Origin: Planctomycetota bacterium
GTDB taxonomy: Bacteria > Planctomycetota > JAJSAM01 > JAJVHW01
Assembly: GCA_965248445.1 (NCBI GenBank)
Contig: CBDFJG010000002.1
Coordinates: 834,528-898,527 of the forward strand
Direction of reading: 5' to 3'
DNA length: 64,000 nucleotides
Part shown: positions 48,877-58,192 of the stretch, piece after piece
Layout of the letters: every line of letters begins with the position of its first letter
Numbering within the stretch: the stretch's first letter is position 1
Notes under the pieces: model-generated
The model's database searches: none
Told to the model about the DNA's origin: nothing
The model's input: only the letters and a program-made list of their open reading frames with translations
Position numbers and translations under genes: made by a program

Positions 48877-49526
48877 GCGGCTGCCTCCTTGTCGATATGG
48901 ATCGGGCCGCGCCGGAGATACCGGGCGGCGGCGTCCAAGGTCTCGGCTTCGTCGCGAAGCAGTCCGAGCGCCGTGTTGCACCGCGCGCAGAGCAATCCCC
49001 GGATGCACGCGCCGCACGACTTGCCGGCGCAGCACGCGTGGTCGTGGTCGACGGCCAGGTTCCGCACGTCGTCAATCCGCGGATCGGTGACCGTCTCCGG
49101 CATCCGGCAGACGGCGCACCTCCCGTCTTGCCTCCGGAGCAGTTCGTCGTACGTCGCCGCCGACACGCCGACCGTCGCCTTGAGCCGCATCGAGCGAGTC
49201 TTCTCGGGGTTCGCTCGGCGCCAGGCCCGGGTTGCGGCGCGGACCTTCTCCGGGTTGTCCACCCTCCAGCGGCGGTTGGTCGCCTTCGCACGCTCGCAGT
49301 TCGCCCGGTAGTAGGCGCGGTCGCGGTGATGCTGCCGCTCCGGATCGGCGTGGTATCGGGCCAGGCGCGCCGCCTTCACGCACTCCTTGCACGCCGACTG
49401 GAGCCCGCTCCGCTTGCCGCGCTGCCGGTAGAACTCACGAGCAGACTTCACACACGCGCACTTGGTGCAGGCCTTCTCATGAAGGACGGCACTGCGTGGA
49501 GCGACGGTGGAGTCCGGCGTGGACAC
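48873..49526 (-). CDS. Endonuclease VII-like free-standing endonuclease
   Basis: N-terminal CTKC..EFY..GLQSACKEC; QDGRCAVC..LAVDHDH..IRGLLCARCNTALG. Confidence 0.88.
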   Translation of the reverse strand: MSTPDSTVAPRSAVLHEKACTKCACVKSAREFYRQRGKRSGLQSACKECVKAARLARYHADPERQHHRDRAYYRANCERAKATNRRWRVDNPEKVRAATRAWRRANPEKTRSMRLKATVGVSAATYDELLRRQDGRCAVCRMPETVTDPRIDDVRNLAVDHDHACCAGKSCGACIRGLLCARCNTALGLLRDEAETLDAAARYLRRGPIHIDKEAAA

Positions 49527-49557
49527 GCGTCCACCGTCCGACCCGGCGGAGGCTCGT

Positions 49558-50853
49558 TCAACTGGCCGCGTCGTCCTCTGCCGGGTCCTCCTCCGGCTCC
49601 GGGACTGCCACTGCTTCCGGCTCCGCGATGGTCTCGCCGGCGGGCTTCATGTTCAGCGGCTCCAGATAGGTGTCGCCCTGCTCCCCAATCCCGTTGAGGT
49701 TCTCCAGGCGGCGGATGTCGTTGACCGACCACCAGCCCCACTGGCGTCCCTGCGCGTAGCCGCTCATGCGCGCAGCGAAGTCGCCGCGCAGCAGCCCCGC
49801 GACGTTGTGCTCGGCGAAGAACCGCGCGCGCTCGGTGGGCAGCAGCAGATCGCGCGCGATCGTCTGCTCGAAGCGCACGAGCCACGGCCGCAGCGTGTAG
49901 ACCACGAACTCAAGCGACGCCTGCTCCATGTTGGCGCGCGGCTGCGCCTTGTCGTCGAAGAGCATGTGGAGCGGGACGCGAAAGAGCCGGGCGATCTCTG
50001 CGATCTGGAACTTCTTGAGCTCCAGGAACTGCAGGTCCTCGAACGTCATCCCGACCTTCTCGAAGCGGGCTCCCTGCTCCAGGATCACGGTCTTCCCGGC
50101 GTTGGTGACGCCCGCGTACGCCTCGTCCCACGACTCCTTGAAGCGCTTGTACTCGGGGTCGTCCATCACCTGTGGGTGGGTGACAACCCCAGCGATGCGC
50201 GCGCCGTGCTTGAGTGCGGACGCGGTGTTGGTCTCCAGCGCGAGCGCGAGGCCGACACTCTCCCGCGCAACGCCGATCGGCGAGAGGCCCGTGGCGCCGC
50301 CCCAGGACAGCCCCGGGATGCGCCAGACCTGGTCGGTGCGCAGCGTCTCCGGTGGGACGCCCGCCTCGGAGACGTGGAAGACGAGCGGGCCGCCCGGTCG
50401 CGGTCGATCTGCCTGGATGGAGCCGGGCGCGATGGGCCAGATCTCGCGGACGTCGCCGCCGCCGTCACGGACCACGCGGGCGTAGGCGTTCCCGCGCAGC
50501 AGAACGTGGGCGCAGAGCGTCTCGCGGACCGACTGCGCGGTGCTCTCCTCGTTGGCGAGCGTGTGGAGGATCTCGGAGAGCGGGTGCTCTGACGCGGACC
50601 GCTTGTCCCCGTTCGCCTGTCGCTCGAAGACCATGAGCGGGAGCGTCGAGATGGACTCGGCGAGCACCTTGACGCAGGAGAGGACGGCCGTCACCCGGAG
50701 CGCCGTCTGATCGGTGACCGTGACGCCCGAGCCGGTTGGCTGCCCGACACCGGGCGTCCGCCAGAACCACTCAGGGGGCTCGTCGCTCAGGAGGAACGCG
50801 CGGAGGCCCGAGCGAAGCCGGGAGATCAGGCCGCGGGGTGCGAGCGTGGACAC
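49558..50853 (-). CDS. Portal protein, HK97 family
   Basis: AVLSCVKVLAESISTLPL, LLRGNAYA, GLSPI, ILEQG..F, QFLE..IARLFRVP and GLLRGD motifs; GTG 50853. Confidence 0.95.
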   Translation of the reverse strand: MSTLAPRGLISRLRSGLRAFLLSDEPPEWFWRTPGVGQPTGSGVTVTDQTALRVTAVLSCVKVLAESISTLPLMVFERQANGDKRSASEHPLSEILHTLANEESTAQSVRETLCAHVLLRGNAYARVVRDGGGDVREIWPIAPGSIQADRPRPGGPLVFHVSEAGVPPETLRTDQVWRIPGLSWGGATGLSPIGVARESVGLALALETNTASALKHGARIAGVVTHPQVMDDPEYKRFKESWDEAYAGVTNAGKTVILEQGARFEKVGMTFEDLQFLELKKFQIAEIARLFRVPLHMLFDDKAQPRANMEQASLEFVVYTLRPWLVRFEQTIARDLLLPTERARFFAEHNVAGLLRGDFAARMSGYAQGRQWGWWSVNDIRRLENLNGIGEQGDTYLEPLNMKPAGETIAEPEAVAVPEPEEDPAEDDAAS

Positions 50854-51017
50854 GCCTCGACGATGAGGCCTTGCGGAGCCTCCCGCCACGCGGAGGGGAC
50901 CGGAGCACGGCACTCGAAAGCGCGGCCCGGCAACGTTCGCGCCGCAGGGTCCTGTCCTGGCAGTCTGGTGCCCGCTGGAGTCAACCCCGCCAATCGACCA
51001 GAAACCAGGAGTTACGC

Positions 51018-51770
51018 GTGGCCGAGTTTCTCGATACCAACGGCATCAACTACCGGCTCGATCAGATCTTCAAGGAGGCGAAGCGGGAGATCTTCATCAT
51101 CAGCCCGTACCTGAAGTTCAACGAGCGCGTGCGGCAGCGGCTCGAGGACCAGGACCGGATGAAGACCAACATCCAGATCGTCTACGGCAAGAGTGAATTG
51201 CAGCCGCAGGAGATCACTTGGCTGCGGTCCCTGTCGTCAGTGCGCACGAGCTTCTGCAAGAACCTGCACTCGAAGTGCTACCTGAACGAGTCCACGGCGA
51301 TCGTCGCCTCGATGAACCTCTACGAGTTCAGCCAGGTCAACAACCACGAGATGGGGATGCTGGTCGAGCGAGCCGGTGAACCGGAACTCTACGACGCGAT
51401 CTATGAGGAGGCGCGGCGGCTGTTGCGTGTCAGCGACGAAGTCCGCCTGTCCGTCGAGAAGGTCGTGCGGGAGGCCGAACCGAAGACGCCCGCTCCCGCA
51501 CCAGCCCCTGCTGCCGACCGAACTCCTCCGTCGGGCGATACCGACGACGGGAGTGCGGCCGACAAGAAGCTCTCGACGTCGAAGCTCGGTCGCAAGCACA
51601 AGCTGAAGGCCGCCGAGGTGCTCGCGCGATTGGTGGCCCGAGGCCTTCTCGTCCCCGCCGGCGACGACCACGAACTCACGCCGGAGGGCATCGCGGCGGG
51701 AGGCGAGCGACGGGTGTCGAAGCGGTTCGGGCCGTACTTCCTGTGGCCCGAGGACCTCGAACTGAGATAG
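51018..51770 (+). CDS. Single-HKD phospholipase D-family (Nuc-like) protein with C-terminal winged-helix-like domain
   Basis: AGGAG RBS and GTG; IISPY, LHSKCYLNE (HxKx4E), ASMNL and NHEMG motifs; Pro linker, then LSTSKLG..LVARGLL..ELTPEG..AGG. Confidence 0.85.
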   Translation: MAEFLDTNGINYRLDQIFKEAKREIFIISPYLKFNERVRQRLEDQDRMKTNIQIVYGKSELQPQEITWLRSLSSVRTSFCKNLHSKCYLNESTAIVASMNLYEFSQVNNHEMGMLVERAGEPELYDAIYEEARRLLRVSDEVRLSVEKVVREAEPKTPAPAPAPAADRTPPSGDTDDGSAADKKLSTSKLGRKHKLKAAEVLARLVARGLLVPAGDDHELTPEGIAAGGERRVSKRFGPYFLWPEDLELR

Positions 51771-51794
51771 CGACGCCGCGGCGAGGAGCGGAGC

Positions 51795-53150
51795 ATGGCT
51801 GGCAAAGGACCGTCGGAGAGGGACTTGGACGATCCCGATGCGTTCCGCTCGGTGTGGGCGATCCGCGACGCCATCCACACGCGCGTTCACGCGGAGATGC
51901 TCTTCGACCTCGTAGAGAACCACCTCGGCGACGCGGCGTGGGTCGAGACGTACAACGCCGGGACGCGCCGCGTCCTCTTCCGACGCGAGGCGCCTGGCGC
52001 TGACACGTTCATCCCGTGGCCGCTCGTGTCCCTCAGTACCAAGGGCAGACACGGGGCGGTCGTCATGGTCGCCGCGCCCGAGGGCGCTCCACTGGAACCG
52101 CCGCCGCGACCTGGGCGCGTCCCGAAACTGCGGAACCTCGGACCCGGCGAGGTCGTGATCCACGACGGACCCCAGTCAGCAACGATCACGTACGGCGATG
52201 ACGGGCGCTGGAAGGAAGTGACGCGCGGCGGGCCGAAAGACACGCTCTGGGGCGTGATCGCGGCGCTGGCGAAGAAGTCGGCGAACCCGGTGGAACTCGT
52301 GGCCGAGTTCATCGCCGGTCTCGACGTGGCGCAGCATGGCCCGGGTCGCGTCCACCTGCCGGTGCGCCTTCCCGGCGGCGTGCAAGGCGTCTGGAACTGC
52401 GGGCTCTTCGCGCTCCGCGAGGCGCTGTTCGATGGCCGCGTTCCTGGGAATGCGCGGTGGGCAGCAGCCGACGGGTGTGTGGGCAAGGCCATCGCTTGGG
52501 GCGGCTCACCTGAAGAGGCGATGGCCGCCTGGCGCACCGAGGTCGAACGGACTCGACCGTTCCCTCCCGAGCCGGAAACTCCGCCAACCCCTCCGCCCGA
52601 GGAGAGCGCCCGGACGACATCCGACCCGGCGGCCGGGACGTTCGGCGTGTCGATGACGCTACGCGGTCCGTCCAGCGACGTCGCTATGCCGGAGCCGAGC
52701 GTTGCGAACACACCAGCCGTTCTGATCGAGCTTGGTCCGCCACCCGACTACGACCCGCCGATCGGGGTCTGGACCCGCCTCCTCGGCCGACACGGCACGA
52801 CGATTCACGGAGCCCTTCGCCGAGACGAGAACGGCTTCACGCTGCTCGGGGACCGGCTGGCCGCGGTCATCGAGTCGGAGGATCTCGAAGACCTGAGGCG
52901 GCGTCTCACGGTCGCCGACATCGACCACGACTCCCGTCCGATGCCCACCTTCGAGCGCCCGCCTGGGTTCCCCGAACCGCCGACACCGACCAGCACGGTC
53001 CGCACGTACAGCGTCGTGGACGAAGACACGGGTGCTCCGACGGCCGTGACGTTCAAGTCGGGGTCAAGGGGCGTTGGGTTCCACGCGCGCAGTCTCGACG
53101 GGGATCAACTGCGGTGGTACGTGGTCCGGCAGCGATGGCTGGGTCGCTGA
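51795..53150 (+). CDS. Hypothetical protein, 451 aa, co-oriented with the PLD gene
   Basis: GGAG RBS, starts 24 bp after the PLD stop; several domains separated by Pro-rich linkers; no recognised motif. Confidence 0.7.
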   Translation: MAGKGPSERDLDDPDAFRSVWAIRDAIHTRVHAEMLFDLVENHLGDAAWVETYNAGTRRVLFRREAPGADTFIPWPLVSLSTKGRHGAVVMVAAPEGAPLEPPPRPGRVPKLRNLGPGEVVIHDGPQSATITYGDDGRWKEVTRGGPKDTLWGVIAALAKKSANPVELVAEFIAGLDVAQHGPGRVHLPVRLPGGVQGVWNCGLFALREALFDGRVPGNARWAAADGCVGKAIAWGGSPEEAMAAWRTEVERTRPFPPEPETPPTPPPEESARTTSDPAAGTFGVSMTLRGPSSDVAMPEPSVANTPAVLIELGPPPDYDPPIGVWTRLLGRHGTTIHGALRRDENGFTLLGDRLAAVIESEDLEDLRRRLTVADIDHDSRPMPTFERPPGFPEPPTPTSTVRTYSVVDEDTGAPTAVTFKSGSRGVGFHARSLDGDQLRWYVVRQRWLGR

Positions 53151-53178
53151 CCCTCGAGCGGGTTCACGGGATGGTCTG

Positions 53179-55989
53179 TCACGATCCGACAGCCCGGACT
53201 CCCCGATACGCGTACGGGGACGCCGGACGATCCGGCAGCACCATCAGCCGGGAGAGCGCTGTCACCGCAGCGACCACCCCGTCGATGCGCTTCTTCGAGT
53301 TCGTCTTGATCGGACGGACGTTCTCGTTCGCGTCCTCCTTCACGGCGGCGTTCGCGACGCACCACGCCATCGTCTTGTTCGCGTCGTGGTGGACGCGGCC
53401 AGCCTTCGTCAGCGCGTAGAGCACCTTGCAGGCGGCCGACAGCGTGCGCGGTCCCTGCCGCACCTCGACCGCGTCGAAGCCCGCCTTCTCAAGTTGGAGC
53501 GCGAACTGCAGCGCGTTCCACGGGTCGTAGCCGATCTGCTTCACGCCGTAGCGCGGCGCGATCTCATCCACGATCGCGCGGTAGATGAAGTCGTAGTCCA
53601 CGACGCTCCCGGGCGTGGTGCGCAGGTGTCCGGCGCGCACCCAGACGCCGTAGTCCACGCCGTCCTCGCGCGACCGTTCGTGCAGCCGGTCTTCGGGCAT
53701 CCAGAGGTAGGGGACGACGGCCAGGTCGTAGTTGATGGAGAGAACGCGTTTCACCGGCTCGCCCCCCTCGTCCAGGTCGGCGACCTCGACGCTCGGCGTG
53801 TCCGGCGTCGTTGGCGGCAACCGGAAGACCAGCACGAACGCCGTCAGGTCCGTCGTGCTGGAGAGGTCGAGCCCGCCGGCGACGGGGAGACCTGCCAGCG
53901 TCTCTGCCGCTGGGAGCGCCGGGCACGCCTTCCACCACTCGATGGGAATCCAGACGTCGGTGGTCTTCGTCCAGAGGTTCAGGTGCAGGCGCTTGAAGGC
54001 GTTCTGCTTGCGGGGCTCCGCAATGGCCGCGCGGCACTCGGCTTCGAGGTAGTCGCGCTTGACCGTCACGTCGAGCGATGGGTTCGCCTTCGCCCACGTC
54101 GCCGGATCGCGCCAGTCGTCCTCGGGCGACGCCTCGAAGATGATCGGCAGGTACGTCTCGTCCTCGATCACGCCAGACATCACGCGGCGTGCGAACTCGT
54201 ACTCCTCGTAGCACACCGAGTCGTGGTCATCGCCCGCCGTCGTGATCAGCACCACGATCGGCTGGCGCCTGGCGGCCACGCCCTTCGCGAGCGTCTCGTA
54301 GAGCTCGCGGTTCGGCTGCGTGTGGAACTCGTCGAAGAGCAGCGCGTGGATGTTGGGGCCGTGCCCTCCCTTCACGTCGGACGACACCACCTTGAACGAC
54401 GAGCGCGTCTGCGGCACGACGATCGACCGGCGGAAGGTCTCCGAACGAGACGCGAGCGCCGGACACAGCTCGTTCATGTCACGCGCCTCGTTGAAGACGA
54501 TGCCCGCCTGCTCGCGGTTGGCGGCCGCGGCGACGATCTCTGCACCCGGCTCACGGTCGCAGTGCAGGAGGTAGAGCCCAAGCCCCGAGCACATTCCGCT
54601 GTTGTGCGTGGGCACCATTCCATCGCCGGCGAGGAACAGCCCGTCGCGCGCGTCCACCTGGATGCAGCGCACCGGCACGGACGGAACCGGGTCGACAGCG
54701 ACTACGTAGCGCGATGTCGAGCGCGGACGACGCTTCGGACGCGGCCTGAGTCGATTGCGTTTCCACGGCGTCCGGAACACCGGACGGTCGTCGGCGAACG
54801 AGCGGAACTGTATGTCGTAGCAGGCACCGCAGTCCTTGCCGTTGAGGACAGCCCGCTCCTCGCGCACGGACGGCTTGAACCCGAGGCTGCGCAGGAGCTC
54901 GACGATCCCGTCGCGCAGCCGCGGGTGGATCGTCGTGATCTCGCACTCGCCTGCCTTGCTCGCCGTGCCGTCGGTATCCATGAGCCCCCGCGCGAGCGCC
55001 ATCCGCTGCTCGAACGAGGCGCGCAGGTAGACCGCCGGGATGTGCTTGTCCCCGAGCAGGCCGAGTTCGCGGAGCACCCGCTGGAGCGACTTGCCGTCAA
55101 GCACGCCGGGCTCGTTCTGGAGACCGAGTCGAAAGCGCGAGCAGCCGCGTTGCGCCGCCGTCTCGCGCAGCGGGATGCCCTCGTCCCAGACGTGCGCCAA
55201 GATGTCGAGATCGCGGTCATTGATCGTCACGCCGCTTCCCGCGGAGTCGCCGTCCCCGAGCCAGACGCCGAGTGTGTACGGCGGAACCGGCAGGTTCACG
55301 GGAGGGAGCCGCATCGCCGCCGCGACGGGGATGCGGTGGTTGTTCGAGCGCACACCCGCGCCGACGTAGGGGCCGCTCGGCGTCTCGTGCAGTTCCCGCG
55401 TGGTGCGGATCGCTCCCATGCGTCCCTTGGCCTGCTCGCCTGCGGCGCGCGACTCGGTGTACCAGAGGTGATCTGCGTCGGCGACGAGGGACGTGCCGTC
55501 CGAGAAGTGCACGCGGAAGCACTCGTGGCCGTGCATGACGCCCGTGGTGGCGACGACACGCACCGGCCTGCCATCGGCCCCGAACACCCGGCCCCCGCGC
55601 CGCAACTCGCCCATCGTGCTCCAGCCCTCGGGTGTGGGGATCGGCGTGTCGAGGGCGAGCGCCTTCCCATTCTTCTTCGCGATCTCCAGGAAGACCCGTC
55701 GGAAGCGGCGACGCCCATCGCTCGCGCGCTTCCACCCAAAGAGCGGACGGACGAGCAGGTCCCTCTGCCAGTCCAGGAGCTCGAACGCACGCCCCGCGAA
55801 CTCGCCCTTCAGATGCCGCAGGAACGCCGGGAAGAACTCCACCGCGCGTGAGGCGTCGGCCTCGTCGAAGTAGTACTTCCCGTCCTCGTCGTCGATCGCG
55901 ATCGTCACGCCCGGCCAGCGGCGCCTGGCTTCAGCGTTCGCGAGGACGGCGGCAACCGTCGGGTCGGCGTCCTTCGCGTTACGTCCCAC
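53179..55989 (-). CDS. terL: Terminase large subunit interrupted by an intein
   Basis: WQR, Walker A KKNGK|S, AANREQA, Walker B LFDEFH, ITTAG, KANPSL, GLDLSSTTDLTA, YDPWNA and IDGVVA motifs. Confidence 0.95.
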   Translation of the reverse strand: MGRNAKDADPTVAAVLANAEARRRWPGVTIAIDDEDGKYYFDEADASRAVEFFPAFLRHLKGEFAGRAFELLDWQRDLLVRPLFGWKRASDGRRRFRRVFLEIAKKNGKALALDTPIPTPEGWSTMGELRRGGRVFGADGRPVRVVATTGVMHGHECFRVHFSDGTSLVADADHLWYTESRAAGEQAKGRMGAIRTTRELHETPSGPYVGAGVRSNNHRIPVAAAMRLPPVNLPVPPYTLGVWLGDGDSAGSGVTINDRDLDILAHVWDEGIPLRETAAQRGCSRFRLGLQNEPGVLDGKSLQRVLRELGLLGDKHIPAVYLRASFEQRMALARGLMDTDGTASKAGECEITTIHPRLRDGIVELLRSLGFKPSVREERAVLNGKDCGACYDIQFRSFADDRPVFRTPWKRNRLRPRPKRRPRSTSRYVVAVDPVPSVPVRCIQVDARDGLFLAGDGMVPTHNSGMCSGLGLYLLHCDREPGAEIVAAAANREQAGIVFNEARDMNELCPALASRSETFRRSIVVPQTRSSFKVVSSDVKGGHGPNIHALLFDEFHTQPNRELYETLAKGVAARRQPIVVLITTAGDDHDSVCYEEYEFARRVMSGVIEDETYLPIIFEASPEDDWRDPATWAKANPSLDVTVKRDYLEAECRAAIAEPRKQNAFKRLHLNLWTKTTDVWIPIEWWKACPALPAAETLAGLPVAGGLDLSSTTDLTAFVLVFRLPPTTPDTPSVEVADLDEGGEPVKRVLSINYDLAVVPYLWMPEDRLHERSREDGVDYGVWVRAGHLRTTPGSVVDYDFIYRAIVDEIAPRYGVKQIGYDPWNALQFALQLEKAGFDAVEVRQGPRTLSAACKVLYALTKAGRVHHDANKTMAWCVANAAVKEDANENVRPIKTNSKKRIDGVVAAVTALSRLMVLPDRPASPYAYRGVRAVGS
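54601..55662 (-). mobile_element. Class 3 intein (354 aa) with LAGLIDADG homing endonuclease
   Basis: Starts ALALDTPIPTP (Ala1), ends VPTHN|S; WCT triplet (ADADHLW, VRCIQV, PTHN); LGVWLGDG and LARGLMDTDG blocks. Confidence 0.93.
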
Positions 55990-56476
55990 CGGACGCGCCG
56001 AAGAACCGCTCGAAGGCCGGGTCCGCCGCGGCGCCCGGCGCGTTCGGGACCTGGACGCGGGCGCGCGAGGACGGCGTCATCCCGAACTCCACCAGGACCC
56101 GCACGAGCTGCTCGGTCGCCTTGGTCGCGATGGCGAGGTAGGGCGACTGCATCGGGTAGCCGTTCGGCGACATGATGATCGTGCCGTGCTCGCGCAGCTT
56201 CTCCTCGGCGTCCACGAGCCGCGCCCATGTGAGGCAGTACGTCGTGAGCGCGGCGCCGTCGATCTCCGACAGCAGCCCGAGGGCGTGGAGCTTCTTGGCC
56301 ATGCGCCGCCACTCCGAGCGCGCCTCGCCCTGGAGCACCTTCGGGCACTTGGGGATCACGGCCTTCGGCCTCGGCTCCTTGGCGTTGAGCTTGCGCTTGC
56401 CGGGGTTGCCGGCCAGCACCTTGAGCGCCGTCGGCTTGGGCTTGCGGCCGCCGCCTGGTCCGCGCGACCTACCCAC
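55979..56476 (-). CDS. terS: Terminase small subunit, P27 family
   Basis: GRKPKPTALKVLAGNPGKRKLN..EWRR..D.AAL..YC..QSPY..EFGMTPSSRARV. Confidence 0.92.
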   Translation of the reverse strand: MGRSRGPGGGRKPKPTALKVLAGNPGKRKLNAKEPRPKAVIPKCPKVLQGEARSEWRRMAKKLHALGLLSEIDGAALTTYCLTWARLVDAEEKLREHGTIIMSPNGYPMQSPYLAIATKATEQLVRVLVEFGMTPSSRARVQVPNAPGAAADPAFERFFGASGGT

Positions 56477-56795
56477 AGCGCACCTCTCGTCGAGGGAGCC
56501 GCACGTACCGGATCGGGATGCCGATCGCCTTAGCTGCTGCGATCTCCGTTGCCATCCCGTCGGTGGGTGGTCCGAGGACGAGGACCTCGTCGGCGACCGC
56601 GAGCCACGCGAGTCCGGCGCCGATTCCGAGGGCGCGTTCTGCTGCGTCACCGTCGTCGAGAAACGTCGGGTAGAGCAGATGCGGCGCGAGCGGCGCATCC
56701 CCGGCGCGTGCCACCTCGCGGCACGCTGCTCGAGCAACCGTCGCGTTCGCGGCGACGTCACCACGGAGGGGCGAACAGACGAAGACGCGCTTCAT
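56469..56795 (-). CDS. DUF4406-like / nucleoside 2-deoxyribosyltransferase-fold protein
   Basis: VFVCSPLRGD..N..PLAPHLLYP.FLDD..ER..G..L..ADEV.V..TDGM..EI. Confidence 0.75.
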   Translation of the reverse strand: MKRVFVCSPLRGDVAANATVARAACREVARAGDAPLAPHLLYPTFLDDGDAAERALGIGAGLAWLAVADEVLVLGPPTDGMATEIAAAKAIGIPIRYVRLPRREVRCG

Positions 56796-58192
56796 GCCGC
56801 GACCTCAGCAGTGACACGCTCGGCGGTCTTGCCGGTGAAGGCCTCCCACCGGCGCACGACCACGTCGCAGTACTTCGGGTCGATCTCCATCGCGAAGCAC
56901 CGCCGGCGCTGCCGCTCGCATGCGATGAGCGTGGTGCCCGATCCGCAGAAGGGCTCGTAGACCTCGGGGAAGTCGTGGTTCGCGACGGGGCGCTCCATGC
57001 AGAGCAGCGGCTTCTGCGTCGGGTGGTCGAACTTCTCCTCCTTGCTCCCGGCCATGAGCTGCTTGGGAGACGCGACGTCCCACAGGTTCGACTGGTCGCG
57101 GGTGCCGATCCACCGCGCCGACTCGCCCTTGCGCACGGCGTACCAGCAGGGCTCGGTCTGGTAGTGGTAGTGGGTCCGACTCAGGACGAAGTGCGGCTTG
57201 CGCCAGATGACCATCTGCCGGAGCTCGAGCCCGATGCGGCGCAGCCCCTGGCCGACGTCCACAGTGAACGACGAGGCGTGCCAGACGTAGGCGACGCGAA
57301 CGCTCGGCGCGAGCTCGAACGCGTCGGACCAGTCGGCCTTGGTGTCGCCGGAGATGGTCGTGTTCTGGTGCCCGTCGCGGCGCTGCATGTAGGACGCCTG
57401 CGCGGGACCGAGCGCGTTCTTGCCCGCGCGATCGCGCCACTCCATGTCGAGCTCGACGCCGTAGGGCGGGTCGGTGACCAAGAGGCCCGGCGTCGCGCCG
57501 TCGAGCAGCCGCGCGACGTCTGCCTCGTCCAGCGAACTGCCGCAGAGCAGACGGTGCTCGCCGAGCAGCCACAGGTCTCCCGGCTGGGTGACTGGCTCCT
57601 CGGGCGGCTCGGGCACGGCGTCGGGGTCCGAGTTGCCGCGGGCCGCGGCGCCCGCGCGCGAGCCGAGCTTCGTGAGCATGGAACGCAGCGCGGCGTCGTT
57701 CGCTTCGGCCTCGCCGAGAAGTCCCGAGAGCTTCTCCGGGTCGGCCGTCGCCATCGCAGCGAGCGGGTCGAGGGACGCGAGGACCAGCGCCTCTTCCTCT
57801 TCGGACAGGTCCACGTAGATGACGGGCACGGTCGCCTCGCCCCGGGACCGCGCGAGATCCACGCGCAGGTGACCGTCCACCAGATGTCCGGTGCGGCGGT
57901 TGACGACCACGTCCTGGACCCAGCCGACCTGGTCGAGAAGCCCGCCGAGAGCGTCACGCTGCGCCGGCGGATGCTTGCGCCAGTTCTTCGGGTTCGCGGT
58001 GATCTCCTCGGGCGAGACGTCGCCGCGTCCGACGATGCGAGAGCGCCAGCCCGGAGTCTCGGCAGACGCCGAATCGGGGGGATCCCCCCTTGCTCTTGTT
58101 TCGCGGACGCGCACGCGAGATTTTCCCGCCGGTCCTTTCGGCCGAGGCTGGCTCGTTCGATCCCGCCCCTCCCCTGCCACCTCGTCAGCCAT
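56792..58192 (-). CDS. ParB-N domain-fused DNA N6/N4 methyltransferase
   Basis: ANPKNWRKH..LVDGHLR (ParB-like); GDLWLLGEHRLLCG, TDPPYG, HPTQKP, EPFCGSGTT and EIDPKYCDV motifs. Confidence 0.92.
   Translation of the reverse strand: MADEVAGEGRDRTSQPRPKGPAGKSRVRVRETRARGDPPDSASAETPGWRSRIVGRGDVSPEEITANPKNWRKHPPAQRDALGGLLDQVGWVQDVVVNRRTGHLVDGHLRVDLARSRGEATVPVIYVDLSEEEEALVLASLDPLAAMATADPEKLSGLLGEAEANDAALRSMLTKLGSRAGAAARGNSDPDAVPEPPEEPVTQPGDLWLLGEHRLLCGSSLDEADVARLLDGATPGLLVTDPPYGVELDMEWRDRAGKNALGPAQASYMQRRDGHQNTTISGDTKADWSDAFELAPSVRVAYVWHASSFTVDVGQGLRRIGLELRQMVIWRKPHFVLSRTHYHYQTEPCWYAVRKGESARWIGTRDQSNLWDVASPKQLMAGSKEEKFDHPTQKPLLCMERPVANHDFPEVYEPFCGSGTTLIACERQRRRCFAMEIDPKYCDVVVRRWEAFTGKTAERVTAEVAA

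Noticed and set aside
45253..49311. 1352-aa plus-strand ORF (also 53074-55851, 36587-38602, 39636-42143, 56549-58507)
   Set aside because: Antisense shadows of well-supported minus-strand phage genes in GC-rich DNA, with no motifs.
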